Shown here in pieces: positions 59,402-64,000 of a stretch of DNA of 64,000 nt. Position numbers and translations under genes: made by a program. The notes below the pieces were generated by a model. It was not told the DNA's origin. It was given only the letters and a program-made list of their open reading frames with translations, and made no database searches. The DNA is from a candidate division FCPU426 bacterium (GTDB taxonomy: Bacteria > Oederibacteriota > Muellerivitia > Muellerivitales > Muellerivitaceae): the NCBI GenBank assembly GCA_963719085.1, contig CAVRAL010000001.1:864001-928000 (forward strand), in the 5' to 3' direction. How positions within the stretch are numbered: position 1 is the stretch's first letter; the number at the start of each line of letters is the position of its first letter.

Positions 59402-62284
59402 CTACTTCGCGGGGGTGATCTCGATACAGGTGATGGAATAGGGCGGAAACTTATAGGCGAAACGGTTCCCCACCGTGGCGGAGGCTTTCAACCGCGAAGG
59501 CCCTTTGTCGATGACGGCCCGGTACAGGTTCTCGCTCCATTGGTACTCGTTCGAGCTCAACTGGTAAAAATCCAGTTTCGACTTCGACTTGGCCGACCCG
59601 CCCAGGTTCAGCTGGGTGTTGTAAGCCGTCGAGTTGCTCTTGTTGATCACCAAAAGATATTTTTTCCCGTTGCCCGTGCTGGCGTAAACCGCCAAGTCGT
59701 CCTGGTTGGAACGGGCTTGGAAGAGCGTCGTCCCAAAGTGATGCTCCATCATATTGATGGCCCAATAGTGGGCCCTCGGTTGGAAGGGTTCGGACGGATT
59801 GTTGTTGGGGTCGATCGCCCCGTGTCCCCCGCCCAATCCGGTCTTCTGGGTGTACAAGTCCCAAATATTGGTTTGGTTCACGCCCCAAACCATCATCTGG
59901 GCCAGGAAGTCGGCGGCGAAGATGCCGTTGACCAGCTTGGCCGTGGTGGGAGTCTCGTCCCCGGAGTTCCACTCCGTGACCGCGATTTCAATTTGATTGG
60001 CGCGGTCCGGGATATTTTTTTGAATCGACGCGCGGATTTTGGGGATGATTTGCGACCACAAGGCGGTCTTCGCCAACAAATTACCGTCGCTGTCGTTGGA
60101 CCAATAGGGATAGCTATGGACCGAGATCACATCCACATAGGGACCGCATTCCTCCAAGAACTTTTCCACCCACCAGGGTGAATCCGGCGAGGCCAGCCAG
60201 GGCGAGCCTTCCTTGCGCTCGCGGCTGTCCTCGTGGGCGATCGTCGGGCCCATCAATTTTAAATCCGGGTATTTGGCCCGGATGGCCTTGGCGAATTCCA
60301 AGTAATGTTTGCAATAGTTGTCGATGACCGTCCAATATTGGTTTTGGCCTTGGTAAATCAAATCCTGCGTATAGTCGGGCTCATTGCCCATCTCCACGTA
60401 TTTCAGCGGGATACCCCTGGACTTGATGTCCGCGATCCAATCCAAAGCGTCCTGCGGCGTGCCGGTCATCATATTGACCGTCAGCAAAACCTCTCCCCGG
60501 GGGACGGATTGCACGAACTCCGCCATCTTGGGCCAGTTGAAATCCCAAGTGGTGGAAACGGTCGCGCCGTCGTTGTTGTAGGTCTGGCCCGTGCGCCAAT
60601 TAAAAAGGTTGGCGAATCCCCCGCCCGGAAGGCGGAAATAGGAAAAGTCATCCTCGGTTTCCTTCAACCCTTTCGGATCGGTCATCCATTTCGGGTCATA
60701 CCAAGCCGCGATATTCACCCCGTATAGGTAGTGCGGGTTGAAGGAGCGGATTTTTTTATCAAAATAAATGTCGGCGACGGCGGGTTGCACCTTATAAGCG
60801 TTGGCCGAAAGCGTCACGTTCCAAACATTGGCTTGGCCCGCGTGCACCTTGACGGTTTCCTTGTCCGATTTGTAACCGGGCGCGAAAGCCTCCGCGACGT
60901 AGTCATCCTCCGGCAGGTCGGCTTTAAAGGAGCCGTCCGAACCCGGGGTAATGAGCTGTTTGGCGATGGCCACAATGGCGCCGGGGACGGGTTTACCGGC
61001 GGCGTCCAAAACACTGCCTTTCAACTGGGCGGCGGCGCCCTTTTCAATTCCCCGGACGTTGTCGATGATGATGGACCCGGCGATAGGACCGCCCGAATTA
61101 AAGACCAAAAACACCTTGGTCAGGCCGCCCTTGAACTGGGTGCCGTCCACCTCTTGTTTAATATGATTCCAACCCTCATGGACCGACATCTTGATTTGGT
61201 TCCAGTTATTGGCCGGGCTTTGGGTTACCAGATACACTTCCCCGTAAACAGCCTTCGCCAAACTGCCCTGGGGAAAATAAATATCCATGGTGATCGCCTT
61301 GAAATTTTCCCATTGGTTGGCCAAGGGTACGGTCGTGCAAACCGCCAGGGCCTGGTTCCAGCCCTGGGACCCGTCGGTGTCCACCCGCATAGAGCCGGTG
61401 CCTTCGGTGAGGGTCACGGTCTCGGCGCTGACCTTCCCCGTGAATCCGCCCATGTCGCCCCCGTTGAATCCCCAAATCAAATCACCCGAGGTCGAGGCCG
61501 AATTTTTTCCCGCCAAAGGATCCATTTCAGCCACCACGGCTCCCGGCATCGCGACCTTCGGCGAGGTGTTCACATAAACCGTCTGGCCCGCGAATTGGAG
61601 CGTGCCCCAGGTGGAAGGGTCCTGCCAGCTGGTGGAACTGCCCGACCAGGACATTTGAAGCGAACGGGTTTTGCCCATCGGGCCGCAGTCGTCCAAGTCC
61701 AGGTCAAAGCCGATGGACTTGCCGGGCCCCACGTTGATTTTGAAAAAATATTGGAGCGGAATCGAGGCTTCCAAAATATAACCGCCCGCCGTGGCCGTGG
61801 TGGCCACCTTGGCCCCCGGAATATCGGCCTTGTCCGTCATGCTGTAAACTTCGGCGCCGTCGCCGGCTTTGCCCGGGGAAATAATGACCTGGACATCAGT
61901 GGCCGAGTAGGACTTGCGGGCCGGATTGGAAATATCCGTTCCCACGTAAAGCTCCAAGGCGTCCCCGTTATAAATGTTGCTGGCGTTTTGGCTGTTGAAC
62001 TGGGGATTTTTGCTCGCGATGTCCGCCGCGATATATAAATTGGTTTTATCGTAGGTGATGTAGACCTTGCCGCTGAAAAAATCCGCGCCGGTCCAATCCG
62101 ATTGGCCGATCACCATCTGGGTTTTTTGGTCGAGCACAATGACGGGCTTGGCGGGCCAACCGGTCAGATCCCCGTTCAAGGAAGGCGGCGCGGCCGTATC
62201 CATGATGGAAACCGTGGCTTGGGCGTCCGCGAAAACCGGCGCCAATAAAATAGTCCAAAATAAGATCGTTTTCAGGAGATTCAT
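59402..62284 (-). CDS. Secreted multidomain glycoside hydrolase (CBM9-like, jelly-roll CBM, carboxypeptidase-regulatory-like, clan GH-A catalytic domain)
   Basis: Signal peptide; GDALELY, YILEASIP; RLPGG, MGNEPD acid/base, ISVHSYP, IAVTEWN nucleophile (GH44/51/79-like). Confidence 0.82.
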   Translation of the reverse strand: MNLLKTILFWTILLAPVFADAQATVSIMDTAAPPSLNGDLTGWPAKPVIVLDQKTQMVIGQSDWTGADFFSGKVYITYDKTNLYIAADIASKNPQFNSQNASNIYNGDALELYVGTDISNPARKSYSATDVQVIISPGKAGDGAEVYSMTDKADIPGAKVATTATAGGYILEASIPLQYFFKINVGPGKSIGFDLDLDDCGPMGKTRSLQMSWSGSSTSWQDPSTWGTLQFAGQTVYVNTSPKVAMPGAVVAEMDPLAGKNSASTSGDLIWGFNGGDMGGFTGKVSAETVTLTEGTGSMRVDTDGSQGWNQALAVCTTVPLANQWENFKAITMDIYFPQGSLAKAVYGEVYLVTQSPANNWNQIKMSVHEGWNHIKQEVDGTQFKGGLTKVFLVFNSGGPIAGSIIIDNVRGIEKGAAAQLKGSVLDAAGKPVPGAIVAIAKQLITPGSDGSFKADLPEDDYVAEAFAPGYKSDKETVKVHAGQANVWNVTLSANAYKVQPAVADIYFDKKIRSFNPHYLYGVNIAAWYDPKWMTDPKGLKETEDDFSYFRLPGGGFANLFNWRTGQTYNNDGATVSTTWDFNWPKMAEFVQSVPRGEVLLTVNMMTGTPQDALDWIADIKSRGIPLKYVEMGNEPDYTQDLIYQGQNQYWTVIDNYCKHYLEFAKAIRAKYPDLKLMGPTIAHEDSRERKEGSPWLASPDSPWWVEKFLEECGPYVDVISVHSYPYWSNDSDGNLLAKTALWSQIIPKIRASIQKNIPDRANQIEIAVTEWNSGDETPTTAKLVNGIFAADFLAQMMVWGVNQTNIWDLYTQKTGLGGGHGAIDPNNNPSEPFQPRAHYWAINMMEHHFGTTLFQARSNQDDLAVYASTGNGKKYLLVINKSNSTAYNTQLNLGGSAKSKSKLDFYQLSSNEYQWSENLYRAVIDKGPSRLKASATVGNRFAYKFPPYSITCIEITPAK

Positions 62285-62336
62285 CGAGTACGTCCCTTTC
62301 TTTGAAGCGGTTGAACGACACGACGCAAAAATAAAA

Positions 62337-62415
62337 TTTACAATGACGGACGCTGATAAACGCCGATAAATCCAACTTCATTCTTTTGATTCAACATCTG
62401 CGGAATCATTGTAAA
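62337..62415. repeat. REP-like element family A (degenerate right arm)
   Basis: tttacaatgacggacgctgataaacgccgat ... atctgcggaatcattgtaaa. Confidence 0.8.
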
Positions 62416-62426
62416 TGACGTTTTCT

Positions 62427-63464
62427 TTATTTACGGTTTTCAGCTTCCTTCAAATAGAAACCGCAGCTTTCCCGCACGACCAGCTTGGTGGGGAAAAACC
62501 GGTGGGAATAATCCAGCGGTCTTTTTTCAATCTGGTTCCAAAGCATCTTGGCGGCTTCATAACCCATGTCGTAAATCGGCTGATGGACCGTGGTCAGGGT
62601 CGAATCCAAAGGAATGTCGTCGAAACCGATGACCGCCACATTCTGGGGCACTTTGATGCCGTTCTTCCGAAGCTGTTTGATGGCCCCCATCGCCATCACG
62701 TCGTTGGAGGACAAAATCGCCGTGGGCGGTTGTTTGACTTTCCAAAAATGCTCCACGGCCTTCATGCCCGATTCCTCGGTCCAAGGACCGGAGAAAACAA
62801 GGTCATCCGAATAAGGGAGATTTTTCTTTTTCATCACATACTTAAAAGCGTTGTAACGATCGAGCGTATTCTTGGAAAACTCAATGTCGCCCGAGATAAA
62901 ACCGATGCGCTTGTGGCCTAAGGCGATCAGGTGGTCCACTGCGTCAATGATGCCCTGGGTATTCAAGCAATCCACGAAACAAACCTGGGGATCATTCACT
63001 TGGTAGTTGATCAAGACATAAGGAAGGGATCCTTGCTTCAAGTCTTGGAAAAAGCGGGATTCCACGGGCGGCGCGATGGCCAGAATTCCGTCCACCAATC
63101 CGGAATTGACGAAATTGGCGTAAACCCCCGAGTCCCCCATTTCCCGGCTGAAGGTGTTCATCAGGATGTTGTATTTTTTTTCGCTTAAAAAGTTGATGAT
63201 GCCGTCCAGCACCCGGGTCAAATAGAAGTCACTGAGGGTCGGCCGGTCATACCAAAAGAAAACCACGCCCACATTATAGGTTTTGCGGGTCTTGAGGCCC
63301 CGGGCCATGGTGTTGGGGTAATAGCCCAGTTCCTTCAGGATCTTCTCGATGCGCTGTTGGGTCTTCGCGCCTACTTTATGAATGTCCTTTTGGTTGACCA
63401 CACGGGAAACCGTCGCCACGGAGACCCCGGCTTTCAGGGCCACATCCTTGATCGTAATCGCCAT
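62427..63464 (-). CDS. LacI-family transcriptional regulator
   Basis: TIKDVA..AGVSVATVSRVVN HTH, Y.PN..ARGL hinge, IGFDD, LTTVHQP. Confidence 0.96.
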   Translation of the reverse strand: MAITIKDVALKAGVSVATVSRVVNQKDIHKVGAKTQQRIEKILKELGYYPNTMARGLKTRKTYNVGVVFFWYDRPTLSDFYLTRVLDGIINFLSEKKYNILMNTFSREMGDSGVYANFVNSGLVDGILAIAPPVESRFFQDLKQGSLPYVLINYQVNDPQVCFVDCLNTQGIIDAVDHLIALGHKRIGFISGDIEFSKNTLDRYNAFKYVMKKKNLPYSDDLVFSGPWTEESGMKAVEHFWKVKQPPTAILSSNDVMAMGAIKQLRKNGIKVPQNVAVIGFDDIPLDSTLTTVHQPIYDMGYEAAKMLWNQIEKRPLDYSHRFFPTKLVVRESCGFYLKEAENRK

Positions 63465-63535
63465 GGATACCTCGGTTCGCTTTTATAGGACTCACGGATT
63501 ACACAACGCCGCTCCGGTCTTTTGTCCGGGCTCGA

Positions 63536-64000
63536 TCAGGACTTCGGCTTCTCCAAGGTCACCTTGGTCATCTTATCGCCTTGGCGCAGTTTCAACACAA
63601 TGTCCATGCCCTTCAAAACCTTGCCAAAAACCGTGTAGCTTCCGTCCAAATTGTGGGCCGCGTCCAGGCAGATATAAAACTGGCTGGAGGCCGAATTGGG
63701 ATCGGCGCTGCGGGCCATGCCCAAGGCGCCCGCGTCGTGCTGGTGGCCGGTGATCTCCAGCGGAATCGTCTTGCCCGATCCGCCGCCGCCGGTTCCCGTC
63801 GGGTCCCCGCCCTGGATGACAAACCCCGCCACGTAGCGGTGGAAGGTCAATCCGTCATAAAATCCCGAGGAAACCAGATCCACAAAGTTTTTCGTGGTGG
63901 TCGGCACATCGCCGAAAAGTTCCACGGTAAAATCACCCTGGGTCGTTTTGAAATCAATGATTGGATTCACGACCGCCGAAGCCGAACCGTCTGAAGAAGT
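63536..64000 (-). CDS. Cyclophilin-type peptidyl-prolyl isomerase (5' end may lie beyond the window)
   Basis: [36 protein letters not shown]; frame stays open from GTG 63970 to the window edge. Confidence 0.93.
   Translation of the reverse strand, partial: TSSDGSASAVVNPIIDFKTTQGDFTVELFGDVPTTTKNFVDLVSSGFYDGLTFHRYVAGFVIQGGDPTGTGGGGSGKTIPLEITGHQHDAGALGMARSADPNSASSQFYICLDAAHNLDGSYTVFGKVLKGMDIVLKLRQGDKMTKVTLEKPKS

Overview
Bacterial chromosomal segment; nearly every gene is on the minus strand (only a GAF-GGDEF gene is on +). Core genes: xseA and xseB (about 9 kb apart), a PilGHI-like ABC/TPR trio, nadX-nadA, panBCD, folK, an argDFGH-lysA-dapA-dapB-dapL run, dgt, spoVS, rph-rdgB, uvrBC, a sigma54-type two-component system and seven tRNAs. 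Accessory genes are mostly envelope or secreted proteins: outer-membrane beta-barrels, Thr/Pro-linker lipoproteins, a giant S53 protease with a T9SS-like C-terminal tail, a multidomain clan GH-A hydrolase, a GH94 phosphorylase and a LacI regulator. The most unusual signals are non-coding. (1) Several tRNA genes are followed by small palindromic modules closed by a duplicate of the tRNA's own 3' end. (2) At least three families of intergenic palindromic (REP-like) repeats occur, one of which carries a two-hairpin sub-element at the same arm position in two copies, with a compensatory base change. No integrase, transposase or CRISPR array is visible. All calls come from reading motifs by eye, not from database searches.
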